Assembly (NCBI GenBank): GCA_046498225.1
Contig: JAWOBF010000061.1
Location: 10,396-74,395 of the forward strand
Reading direction: 5' to 3'
DNA from: Candidatus Aegiribacteria sp.
GTDB lineage: Bacteria > Fermentibacterota > Fermentibacteria > Fermentibacterales > JCC-6
DNA length: 64,000 nucleotides
A model generated the notes under the pieces. That model did no database searches and was not told the DNA's origin. It saw nothing but the letters and a program-made list of their open reading frames with translations. Each line of letters opens with the position of its first letter. The stretch's first letter is position 1. Positions 18,332 through 27,154 of the stretch are shown one piece after another. The translations under genes and the position numbers were made by a program.

Positions 18332-18845
18332 CCCCTGCGGCCGCCGATGACAGGAATCCCTTTCTCAGCAGTACTGCGGCAACAATACCTGTAACAGCCC
18401 CCGAGAGGAAACCCCATAGGGACACCGGAAGCAGAAGGGAGGATACCGGCAGTCCCGGAATCAGCGCGGAAGCCGCCAGAAGCTGAACCCACAGGCTGGA
18501 TAGACTTCCGGCAACCGACATCCCGGGTATGGAGAAGAACTTTCTCGCGGTTCCCATCACCGCCGCCGAGGCCGCCCCTCCGGCCATGGACAGAAGGTAT
18601 GCCGGAGTAGCCAGGGTTCCCATGATCAGTGCGGCTCCTGTGGACCTTAGGATATTGACCCGCAGACCGGTGAGTAGTCCGTACCTGACCACGGCGGCTA
18701 CTGTGACGACGTTTGCCAGCCCGGGCTTGATGAACGGGAGCGGTCTCGGGACCATGTTCTCGATGACCGCGGCGCCCGTGGCCAGTATTACCAGCAGCAC
18801 TTCTATCCCGGCCCGTCCCCGCGCCGTATCAGTTCCTTCCCGCAT
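18306..18845 (-). CDS. Gx transporter / heptaprenyl diphosphate synthase component I family
   Basis: IENMVPRPLPFIKPGLANVVT motif; fully hydrophobic. Confidence 0.82.
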   Translation of the reverse strand: MREGTDTARGRAGIEVLLVILATGAAVIENMVPRPLPFIKPGLANVVTVAAVVRYGLLTGLRVNILRSTGAALIMGTLATPAYLLSMAGGAASAAVMGTARKFFSIPGMSVAGSLSSLWVQLLAASALIPGLPVSSLLLPVSLWGFLSGAVTGIVAAVLLRKGFLSSAAAGVDSVCAPE

Positions 18846-19908
18846 CGGCGGCCTCCAGCAGTATCTTCTCCACCCGCAGGAACAGGTCCCCGGAGTCGAA
18901 CTCCTCCCTGGCTCTGCGCAGCGCTCCCTTCGAGAGTTCGCTCCGGACGGCCGGGTCGCTCATCTTCCTGACCGCCTCCGCCAGCGCCAGCGGGTCTCCC
19001 GGCGGTACCACGAGCCCGCTCACTCCATGCATGTTCACCCATGGCACGCCGGTGGGAAGGGCGGTGCTGATGACAGGCACCCCGCAGGCCATCGCCTCCG
19101 TCTGGACCATGCCGAAGGCTTCGCTGCGCATGGTGGATGGAAGAACCAGGAACCCCGCGTTCCGGTAGAGCTCCAGCAGTTTCCTGTCGTCCGGGTCTCT
19201 CTCCATGACGATGTTCAGCCGGTCCCGCCGCGCAACTCTGGAAACGAGTCCTTCCAGAGGACCCCCGCCTGCCATTATCAGCCTTTTCTCCGGGAACTCC
19301 CTCCAGGCCCGCAGGAGTACCTCTATCCCCTTGTAGCTCCGGAATCTCCCGACGAACAGGGCGTAGCTTCCGTCCGTCTCTCCGGCGGCCGGGGTGAACA
19401 GGGACGTATCCGTTCCGATGGGAACCACTTCGGTGTTGTCCAGGCCGGAGAGGTAGGGGGAAGTGTCCCTGTAGACGGGAGAGGTTGCCAGGACCCTTTC
19501 CGCGCCCCGGAGAAATCTTCTGAGGAATGGGCCGTACAGCGGCATGAGGAATGCCTGCCTGACTATATCGCTGTGATAGGTTACGATGTAGGGCGTGCGG
19601 CTCACGGACAGGAGCCGGGCCATGACTGCTGAAGGAAGGGGAACATGGAACTGCACCGCGTCGGCTTCGATGGAGTCCAGCATCCTTCCCAGCCCCGGTG
19701 ATATGGGGTTGGACAGCACTCGGGCGACGCAGGGGTACTCCGCCACCCTGAAACCGGAGACAGTCCTTTCCCGCCCCTCTCTTCCCGCCACCAGCACCGT
19801 TACCCGGTGGCCCCTCTGCGACAGGAATGCCGAGAGGTCGTGAATGTACCTCTCTATCCCCCCCGTGAGGAAGGGGTGGACGTCCTTGTACACCTGCAGC
19901 ACTCTCAA
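18829..19908 (-). CDS. Glycosyltransferase family 4
   Basis: GGIE, YHSDIVRQ, FVGRFRSYKG, EAFGMVQTEAMACG. Confidence 0.92.
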   Translation of the reverse strand: MRVLQVYKDVHPFLTGGIERYIHDLSAFLSQRGHRVTVLVAGREGRERTVSGFRVAEYPCVARVLSNPISPGLGRMLDSIEADAVQFHVPLPSAVMARLLSVSRTPYIVTYHSDIVRQAFLMPLYGPFLRRFLRGAERVLATSPVYRDTSPYLSGLDNTEVVPIGTDTSLFTPAAGETDGSYALFVGRFRSYKGIEVLLRAWREFPEKRLIMAGGGPLEGLVSRVARRDRLNIVMERDPDDRKLLELYRNAGFLVLPSTMRSEAFGMVQTEAMACGVPVISTALPTGVPWVNMHGVSGLVVPPGDPLALAEAVRKMSDPAVRSELSKGALRRAREEFDSGDLFLRVEKILLEAADAGRN

Positions 19909-20984
19909 ACGGAGAACTCCCCGTACACCCCGAGGACCTTCTCTGTCATTCCTTCTATGGTGTGAAGGGCGGCGAAACCTTTGAGCTTCCCCCTGTCCGT
20001 CGCGGTGTCCAGCGCTTCCAGAACGGCCATGGAGATGGACCGGGGATCGAACCCGGAAGCCACAGTCGAAATACCCGAGTAGATCTCGGTCAGAGCCGCG
20101 GCGGGAGTCACAACCGAAGGTACACCCGCCGACGCGGCCTCCAGCGGCGGCAGGCCGAAACCCTCGTACAGGGAGGGGTAGACCATGAGGGAAGCGCCGC
20201 TGACACAGCTCTTCAGAAGTTTCTCGGACAGACTGCCGGTATGCAGCACTCCCGCGGTTCCCATGAGGTCCCTTCTAAGGTCCGGCGGTCCCCAGCCCCA
20301 CCTTCCCGCTATAACCAGGGTCAGCCCGGGGTGCTCCCGCCTTACTTCCGGCCATGCTTTCAGTAGAGCGCTCAGGTTCTTTCTGGGCTCGACCGTGCCT
20401 GCGAAGACGATGTAGCCGTTACGAATGTCGAAGGCGTCCCTGAAGATCTCCGGATCTTCCAAGAACGGCTCCGTGCACAGATATATCCTTCGAATCCTGT
20501 CCCTTTCCACCTTCAGGAGAGTCGCCGCCTCTTCTCCGGTGAAATCGCTGTCCACCATCACAGCGTCCGCCTTCAGGGCAACCCTTTTGAAGTGCAGTCT
20601 GTAGTAGATCGATCTGAAGGGGGGGAACCAGGAGGGATGGCGGCAGAAAGCCAGATCATGCAGCGTGACCACCAGCGGGACCCCGGGAACCCCTCTTCCG
20701 GAGAATGCGGGCAGATGGACAAGGCCGGGCCGATGCCTCCTCCCTGTTGCCGGAATGAGCAGGTTCTCCCATATGATCTTTACCGCGCCGGACATAGGTT
20801 TCATGTCCAGTGCCCTTCGGGGGGTGGTGATAACTCCTCCCACCGCCGCGAGGACACCGGTATCTATTCCGCTCAGTCCGAACAGCAGCCTTTCGAGGTA
20901 AACACCGGTACCGCCCCTGTTGCCAAGGGCGTCAGCGTATATCAGTACCGGTCCTTTGCTCCCTCCGGGGCTAGCGGATCTCAA
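19905..20984 (-). CDS. Glycosyltransferase family 4
   Basis: GTVEPRKNL, YPSLYEGFGLPPLEA; start inferred at TTG. Confidence 0.9.
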   Translation of the reverse strand: MRSASPGGSKGPVLIYADALGNRGGTGVYLERLLFGLSGIDTGVLAAVGGVITTPRRALDMKPMSGAVKIIWENLLIPATGRRHRPGLVHLPAFSGRGVPGVPLVVTLHDLAFCRHPSWFPPFRSIYYRLHFKRVALKADAVMVDSDFTGEEAATLLKVERDRIRRIYLCTEPFLEDPEIFRDAFDIRNGYIVFAGTVEPRKNLSALLKAWPEVRREHPGLTLVIAGRWGWGPPDLRRDLMGTAGVLHTGSLSEKLLKSCVSGASLMVYPSLYEGFGLPPLEAASAGVPSVVTPAAALTEIYSGISTVASGFDPRSISMAVLEALDTATDRGKLKGFAALHTIEGMTEKVLGVYGEFSV

Positions 20985-21954
20985 CTTGGCACGAACTGCC
21001 GGCTGTGAGCCTGGCGGCTGAGCCGGTGACCTTGACGTCTTCGCCTGTAATGGAATCACGGACCATGGTTTCCTTTATGGCCGTTCCAGCCCCGAGGATG
21101 GAATTCGAGACAATGGAGCCCTCTATTCTGCATCCCCCGGAAATGGAGACGAAGGGACCGATGATCGAGGATGCTATCTCCGCGTCCTCCTCCACGCTCA
21201 CGGGAGGGATGACCAGCGAGCCTTCAATGCCGCCCGGGTCCCTGCCCCTTCCCAGTTCCAGCAGCCGGCGGTTGGTGGTGAGAATGGTCTCCGGTTTGCC
21301 GCAGTCGTACCATCCGTCCACCTGGAATGCGCCGAACCTGTGTCCTTCGTCCAGCATCATCTGCATGGCGTCGGTGAGCTGGTACTCGCCCCTTGTCTTC
21401 CTGCCGCTTCGTACGAGCCTCTCCGTTGCCTCCATGAGAAGGCTGCCGGACCGGAAGCCGTATATTCCGACTATGGCCAGGTCGCTGACGAACTCCGAAG
21501 GCTTCTCCACCAGCTTCATTACTCTGTCACCCTGCATGACCACCACGCCGAACCTCCTGGGGTCCTCCACCCTTCTGACGGCTATCATATTGCGGTCTTC
21601 ACTTATGGCCTCTTTAAGGTCCGCGCTGAAAAGGGTGTCTCCCAGCACCACCAGTGTCGGGCGGTCATCCGCCATGGGAGAAGCGAGGCTGATGGCGGAG
21701 GCAAGTCCGTCCATCTTCTCCTGGAAGGCGAAATCGACCTCTATGTCAGGGTAGTTCTTCCGGGTCCAGTCCACTATCTCATCCCCCAGGTAACCTACGA
21801 TCAGAGTAATGTGATCCACCCCGGAGTCGACCAGGCCGTCGATTATGTGTCCCAGCATGGTGTTCCCCGCGAGTCGAATGAGGACCTTGGGGACGGACCA
21901 TGTGAGAGGTCTCATTCTGGTGCCCTTTCCCGCCACGGGGATTATCGCGTGCAT
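20971..21954 (-). CDS. Sugar-1-phosphate nucleotidyltransferase (long form, with left-handed beta-helix tail)
   Basis: AIIPVAGKGTRMRPLT..PK, EKP, GEYQLTDA, WYDCG, hexapeptide repeats. Confidence 0.92.
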   Translation of the reverse strand: MHAIIPVAGKGTRMRPLTWSVPKVLIRLAGNTMLGHIIDGLVDSGVDHITLIVGYLGDEIVDWTRKNYPDIEVDFAFQEKMDGLASAISLASPMADDRPTLVVLGDTLFSADLKEAISEDRNMIAVRRVEDPRRFGVVVMQGDRVMKLVEKPSEFVSDLAIVGIYGFRSGSLLMEATERLVRSGRKTRGEYQLTDAMQMMLDEGHRFGAFQVDGWYDCGKPETILTTNRRLLELGRGRDPGGIEGSLVIPPVSVEEDAEIASSIIGPFVSISGGCRIEGSIVSNSILGAGTAIKETMVRDSITGEDVKVTGSAARLTAGSSCQVEIR

Positions 21955-21955
21955 A

Positions 21956-23734
21956 TCAGACGTCACCATCCTTCCTGTCACGGTGTATCTCGTCCAGTAT
22001 TATCTGCGGATACCTTGAGGCGACGTAATGAAGTACGAACCTCCTTATCTCATCACCGGAACCCATGGAGAGGGCGGTGGCGGCGATTTCCTCCGCTTCC
22101 TTCATCTCGATGACCCTTATCATCTCCTTGACGTCCGGTATCAGCGTGATGGGGACGCTGAACTCGTTGAGACCGAAACCGAGAAGAAGGGGAACGGCCA
22201 GGGGGTCGCTGGCCATCTGGCCGCAGATGCCCACCCATTTTTCAGCTTCCCTGCATTTTTCGGCCACCATCGATATCTGACGGATGACCGCCGGATGGAA
22301 AGAATCGAAGAGCTCGGAGACGTAGGGGCTGCCCCTGTCCACCGCCAGGGTATACTGGGTGAGGTCATTGGAGCCTATGGAGAAAAAATCGCTGTGGGGG
22401 ATGAGCAGGTCCACAGCCAGTGCTGCCGCCGGGGTTTCCACCATTATTCCAAGGGGGGGGATATCGCCCCTCTTCACCCCTTCCCGGTCGAGCCTGGCCG
22501 CTATCTCCTTCAGCATGGACCTGACCCTGATTATCTGGCTCTGGTCCGTGATCATGGGTATCATTATTCTGCAGTTGCCGAACCTGGCCGCCCTGAGAAG
22601 GGCCCGCAGCTGGGGGGTGAACTTCTCCGGCCTGTCAAGACATATCCTGATTGCCCTCCACCCGAGGAACGGGTTCCTCTCCACCGTTGGTATGGTGTCC
22701 AGGAACTTGTCCCCCCCAAGGTCCAGGGTCCTGATTATCACCGGGTCCGGATCCAGGGTTTCGAGAACGTGCGTGTACGCCTCGTAATGAGCTTCCTCGC
22801 AGTCCCCCCCACCCGGCGCCAGCATCCTTATGAACTCGGTCCTGAAGAGTCCCACTCCCCGGCCTCCGAAACGTCCAACCTGGTCCGCCTCCTGGGAGAA
22901 CTCTATGTTGGCTGAAAGCTCTATGGGAATGCCGTCCGCGGTGACGGTGGGATTCTCGGCGTTAAGGGCTATCTCGGCCTCCGCGATGTTGTATCTCTGC
23001 TTCAGATGGGAATAGTACTCCAGTTCCTCATCGTCGGGGTCGAGTATCACGGTGCCGTGGATGCCGTCGATTATCACCGTCTGTCCCGGCAAAGCGCACT
23101 CCGCCACGTCCCCCAGACCGACAACCGCCGGTATGCCCATGCTCCTGGCCAGAATGGAAGTGTGAGATGTGGATCCACCAAGGTCGGTCACGATGCCCAG
23201 GAGCTGCCTGCGGGAGAGTCCCGCCGTCTGGGAGGGGTCGAGGTCACGGGAGACCAGGATGACCGGGTTGTTCAGTGTTTTCAGCGCTTCCCGCTCCGTG
23301 CCCATCAGATTGGCCATGAGCCTTCGGCCCACGTCTCGCACGTCCGCCCCCCTGCTTCTGAGGTAGGGGTCCTTCATGGAGTTGAACCTCTCCAGGACAT
23401 CGTACAGAACCTGGCTCACAGCGTACTCCGCGCTTACCTTCTCCCGCCTTATCCTCCGTTCCACGTCGGATATCAACGAGGGGTCGTTGAGAAGGAGTAT
23501 GTGGACTTCGATAAGCTGCTGCCCCTCTATCAGGTCGCTTATCCTGTCGGATATGATCTCCAGTTCCTTCCGGGTTTGCTCCAGGGCCTCCCTGAACCTG
23601 CCAAGCTCCACCTCCACCTGGTCCTCGGTCGTGAGCTCCCTCTTCCTTACCCTTATCTCCTCCACGTTCAGGAGGAAGGCGGGTCCTATGGAAACGCCCG
23701 GCGAGGCGGGCACTCCGGTAAGTCTGATGCTCAA
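21956..23734 (-). CDS. ptsI: PTS enzyme I
   Basis: GGSTSHTSILAR, GLFRTE, IRTLDLGGDK, NPFLGWR, SIGSNDLTQY. Confidence 0.96.
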   Translation of the reverse strand: MSIRLTGVPASPGVSIGPAFLLNVEEIRVRKRELTTEDQVEVELGRFREALEQTRKELEIISDRISDLIEGQQLIEVHILLLNDPSLISDVERRIRREKVSAEYAVSQVLYDVLERFNSMKDPYLRSRGADVRDVGRRLMANLMGTEREALKTLNNPVILVSRDLDPSQTAGLSRRQLLGIVTDLGGSTSHTSILARSMGIPAVVGLGDVAECALPGQTVIIDGIHGTVILDPDDEELEYYSHLKQRYNIAEAEIALNAENPTVTADGIPIELSANIEFSQEADQVGRFGGRGVGLFRTEFIRMLAPGGGDCEEAHYEAYTHVLETLDPDPVIIRTLDLGGDKFLDTIPTVERNPFLGWRAIRICLDRPEKFTPQLRALLRAARFGNCRIMIPMITDQSQIIRVRSMLKEIAARLDREGVKRGDIPPLGIMVETPAAALAVDLLIPHSDFFSIGSNDLTQYTLAVDRGSPYVSELFDSFHPAVIRQISMVAEKCREAEKWVGICGQMASDPLAVPLLLGFGLNEFSVPITLIPDVKEMIRVIEMKEAEEIAATALSMGSGDEIRRFVLHYVASRYPQIILDEIHRDRKDGDV

Positions 23735-23739
23735 ATCAT

Positions 23740-24006
23740 TCAGTCCTCTCCAAACCCTTCCCGAATGAGCCTGACGACGGAACTGACGGCTTCCTGTTCA
23801 TCTTCTCCCTCCGCCTTCACCTCTATGACGCTTCCCCTGCACGCCGCCAGCGTCATCACCCCCATGATGCTCTTCGCGTTGACCGTCACTCCGTCGACCG
23901 TGAGGTCGACGGTGCTGTCGAACAGTGAAGCGGTTTTGACTATCTGGGCCGCGGGCCTGGCGTGAATTCCCAGCGTGTTCACCACTTCGGCTTTCTCAGT
24001 TTTCAA
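23740..24006 (-). CDS. ptsH: HPr phosphocarrier protein
   Basis: GIHARPAA (His15) and AKSIMGVM (Ser46). Confidence 0.95.
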   Translation of the reverse strand: MKTEKAEVVNTLGIHARPAAQIVKTASLFDSTVDLTVDGVTVNAKSIMGVMTLAACRGSVIEVKAEGEDEQEAVSSVVRLIREGFGED

Positions 24007-24024
24007 TGGAGCCTCCGGTTCGGT

Positions 24025-24996
24025 TCATTCGCCTCTGGATTCGGTCTCTTTCCTGATTATTCGGTGGATCAGGTCCCTCTCCACCTCTTCCGGCACGTTC
24101 CTGCCTTTCTTCAGCAGCAGGTGGTTCATCACCGCGACCTCCAGGAGGAGGGTGAGGTTCCTGCCGGGAAGCACGGGTATGACCGTCCTGGGTATCGGAA
24201 GGTCCAGTATTGTGCTGAGCTGCTGGACAAGGCCGGTCCTGTCGAAATCCTGGTTCTCCCTGGTCCATTCCTCCAGCTTTACCTCGAGGCTTATCTGCTG
24301 CCTGTCCTTTACCGCCCTTATTCCGTAGAAAGCGGAAACATCCACCAGCCCCAGTCCCCTTATCTCCATATGATGGGCCATGGCGGAGTCGCCGGCCCCG
24401 AACAGGGCGCTGCCTATGCGGTGCACGTGAACGATGTCGTCGGCTATGAGCCTGTGGCCCCTCTCTATGAGACCCAGGACCGTCTCGCTCTTCCCTATCG
24501 CGCTCCTTCCGGTGCACAGCAGGCCGGCCCCGAACACCTCCACCAGTGTTCCGTAGACATCAGTCCTGGGAGCGAAAACGAGATCCAGGAAATTCGTCAG
24601 GTCATGTATGAGGGGAGTGGTGTCCCGGCTGGAACGGAAAAGGGCGGCGCCGTTCTTCTCGGAGAGGTCCACCAGTTCCTTCGGAGGTTCCAGATCCTTG
24701 GTGACGATAGAGCAGTAGACGGGAAGGTCGAAGAGGGAGGTGAGCGATGAACTTCTCTCATGGTCCTGAAGGGACTCGAGGTAGGATATCTCCGTCTCTC
24801 CGAATATCTGTATGCGCTCGTGCAGGAACTTGTGAAGATAACCGGTGAGAGCCATTCCAGGCCGGCTGATGTCGGGGGATGAAACCGTCCTGTCGTGCCC
24901 GGTGTCTCCGTTCACCGGGCGAAGATCCAGCTCGTCACCCAGTATATCGAACAGCCTTCCGACGGTGAGTTCCTTCCTGTCGGGGATGTCTCTCAT
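24025..24996 (-). CDS. hprK: HPr kinase/phosphorylase
   Basis: ISRPGMALTGY, GRSAIGKSE, GHRLIADD, MEIRGLG, PGRNL. Confidence 0.95.
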   Translation of the reverse strand: MRDIPDRKELTVGRLFDILGDELDLRPVNGDTGHDRTVSSPDISRPGMALTGYLHKFLHERIQIFGETEISYLESLQDHERSSSLTSLFDLPVYCSIVTKDLEPPKELVDLSEKNGAALFRSSRDTTPLIHDLTNFLDLVFAPRTDVYGTLVEVFGAGLLCTGRSAIGKSETVLGLIERGHRLIADDIVHVHRIGSALFGAGDSAMAHHMEIRGLGLVDVSAFYGIRAVKDRQQISLEVKLEEWTRENQDFDRTGLVQQLSTILDLPIPRTVIPVLPGRNLTLLLEVAVMNHLLLKKGRNVPEEVERDLIHRIIRKETESRGE

Positions 24997-25010
24997 GGGG
25001 ACCAGCTCCG

Positions 25011-25553
25011 TTACTCCTGTTCTCTGACCAGCTCCACCACCTGGGTCTTGCCCCCGCTGGCGGAATAGACAACACTCAGTCTGCCCGTTTCATTGTTCTG
25101 AAATACATAGCGCTCATCAGGGTCTATCTCGTAGTTGATTATGGCTTCCTCGGTGTTCAGCCTGGGTATTACCCTGGTGTCATCGATGAGTATACCCCCC
25201 TCAAGATCCGACTCCTCCGCCGGCACATAGTAGCTCACGGACTCACCGTTGGTATCGTGGTTCTTTCTGTGGTTGTGCATCTTGTCCTTGAACTTGCGTA
25301 CCTGGCTTTCGAGGGTTTCGAACGCGTCGTCGAAAGCGGAGTAGATATCGTGGGACTTGGCTTTCGAGTCCAGCTTGATATGGTTGCCCCGAACCTGAAT
25401 ATGTACATGGTTGGTGCCGGATGTCACCTCGAGGATCACATGTATGTTCATTATACCGTCGTAGAATCGGTCGATCGTGCTCAGTTTCTTCTCAACGTGC
25501 TGCTTCAGGGCATCCGTAAGGTCGAAATGCCTTCCGCTGATGTCAATGTTCAT
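25011..25553 (-). CDS. hpf: Ribosome hibernation promoting factor (long HPF/RaiA)
   Basis: MNIDISGRHFDLTDALKQHVEKK; C-terminal VFQNNETGRLSVVY domain. Confidence 0.9.
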   Translation of the reverse strand: MNIDISGRHFDLTDALKQHVEKKLSTIDRFYDGIMNIHVILEVTSGTNHVHIQVRGNHIKLDSKAKSHDIYSAFDDAFETLESQVRKFKDKMHNHRKNHDTNGESVSYYVPAEESDLEGGILIDDTRVIPRLNTEEAIINYEIDPDERYVFQNNETGRLSVVYSASGGKTQVVELVREQE

Positions 25554-25607
25554 TGAGTACTCCTTCCTGGAAGTTTCCCGTTATGGGCGGGACTGATGAA
25601 CATGAAC

Positions 25608-25654
25608 AAAAAAATGCTGCTCTGCATATGCCGTTTATGCACATTCCGAGCAGC
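25608..25654 (-). terminator. Terminator-like hairpin in the hpf leader
   Basis: GCTGCTC/GAGCAGC plus TGCATA/TATGCA stems followed by A-T7. Confidence 0.6.
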
Positions 25655-25670
25655 CTGGGACTCATCGATG

Positions 25671-25715
25671 TATTTATCACGAATAAATAATATAGTTCCC
25701 TGTGAGCGGGGTCAA
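25671..25715 (-). promoter_or_regulatory. Sigma70 promoter with an overlapping inverted repeat (candidate operator)
   Basis: TTGACC-17 nt-TATTAT (25715-25687); TATTTAT-N5-ATAAATA at 25671-25689. Confidence 0.65.
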
Positions 25716-25740
25716 CTACGGAATTCGGCAACCGCGGGAA

Positions 25741-27126
25741 TCATCTGTTGTACCTGCTGATGAATTCCTCCACCTCGGGCACCCCTCCCTGGAGTATCAG
25801 GTAGCCGTTGTGAGGCTCCCTCTCCGTTATCTCTCCGGCTATGGGATTGCACATTATCTCCCTGACCTCTTCCCGGTCACCTGTCTGGCCAAGGGCCCAG
25901 CACAGCTTAACGTACGCCACCTCCGGAAGCATGTTGGCGGCGGGTACCACTCCCAGGTCCATTATGTCCCTGCCGGTATCGTAGACGAACATCTGCACGT
26001 ACCCCCACAGGGTCTGCACCGTCATGTAGACGTGGACCCCCCGGTCGCACGCTCTCTTCAGGGAGGGATAGAGGGGCTTGTTAACGTGACCCAGTCCGGT
26101 GCCGGCTATCACTATTCCCCTGTAGCCGTTGTCCACCAGTGAATCGATTATGTCCGGCTGCATGTTGGGGTAGTAGTAGACGATGGAGACCCTGGGGTCG
26201 AAGGCGGTGTTTATCTTCACCTTCCGGTCCCCGCGCCGCTTCCTGTAGTCCTCATTGAGGATGGTTATACTGTCCTTCCTGACCATTGCCAGGGGAATGT
26301 CGCCTATGGTCCTGAAGGTGGATCTGTAGGAAGAGTGCATCTTCCTCACCCTGGTGCCCCTGTGCAGGAGGTCGTACTGGTCGCTGGTGGGACCGAACAT
26401 GCAAACCATCACCTCCGCTATGTCGCTCCTGGCCGCGGCGTAGGTGGCGTTCATCAGGTTTATGGCGGCGTCGCTGGAGGGTCTGTCGCTTGACCGCTGC
26501 GAGCCCACCATCACTATGGGGACCGGAGGGTCCTGGACCATGAACGATAGAATCGCGGCGGTATGGTGCATGGTGTCCGTCCCGTGACCTATGACGATGC
26601 CGTCCACTCCGTTCTCGATCTCCCTGCCGATGGCCTCCGCCGTCCCCTTCCACTGCTCCGGGCCCATGTTCTCGCTGAACACTCCGTACAGCTTCTCGGT
26701 CTTCAGGTTGCATATGTCCGCCAGTTCCGGCACCGAGCCGTAAAGTTCTCCCGGTGAGAACGCGGGAATGACGGCGCCGGTCCTGTAATCGAGCCTGGAC
26801 GCTATGGTGCCGCCGGTCCCGAACAGTTTGACGTCGGGTTTGCCGGGGTCGAAGGGAAACTCCTTCTCCGGTATCTTGTAATGGGCCTCTATTCTGCCCT
26901 TCTCCTTAATGGACTGGACGGTGTCCACGTCTATTCCCACGTTGTAGCCGTTATGGATCTTGAGCACTATGTGGTAATCGTCCGCGGTCTCCGAGCGAGG
27001 CAGGATGACGCCCTTGAATCCCCCCCTGGTGGATTTTATCTCCACGTCCGACCACACGCCCACATCGTATTTCTTCAGACATTCGAGGCCTCTGCCCCTG
27101 TATCCCTTGTAACGGTCGGAAGACAG
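25741..27126 (-). CDS. gatD: Glu-tRNA(Gln) amidotransferase subunit D
   Basis: GatD N-domain (GVILPR, KIHNGYNVGI), TGGTIASRLDYRTGAV, HGTDT, GSQRSSDRPSSDA, RKMHSS; start inferred at CTG. Confidence 0.92.
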   Translation of the reverse strand: MSSDRYKGYRGRGLECLKKYDVGVWSDVEIKSTRGGFKGVILPRSETADDYHIVLKIHNGYNVGIDVDTVQSIKEKGRIEAHYKIPEKEFPFDPGKPDVKLFGTGGTIASRLDYRTGAVIPAFSPGELYGSVPELADICNLKTEKLYGVFSENMGPEQWKGTAEAIGREIENGVDGIVIGHGTDTMHHTAAILSFMVQDPPVPIVMVGSQRSSDRPSSDAAINLMNATYAAARSDIAEVMVCMFGPTSDQYDLLHRGTRVRKMHSSYRSTFRTIGDIPLAMVRKDSITILNEDYRKRRGDRKVKINTAFDPRVSIVYYYPNMQPDIIDSLVDNGYRGIVIAGTGLGHVNKPLYPSLKRACDRGVHVYMTVQTLWGYVQMFVYDTGRDIMDLGVVPAANMLPEVAYVKLCWALGQTGDREEVREIMCNPIAGEITEREPHNGYLILQGGVPEVEEFISRYNR

Positions 27127-27154
27127 CTGGGATCACCTCCCTATTCTTCTGCGG

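Noticed and set aside
25543..25731. 62-aa ORF upstream of hpf
   Set aside because: It spans the promoter and hairpin and has no SD or motifs.
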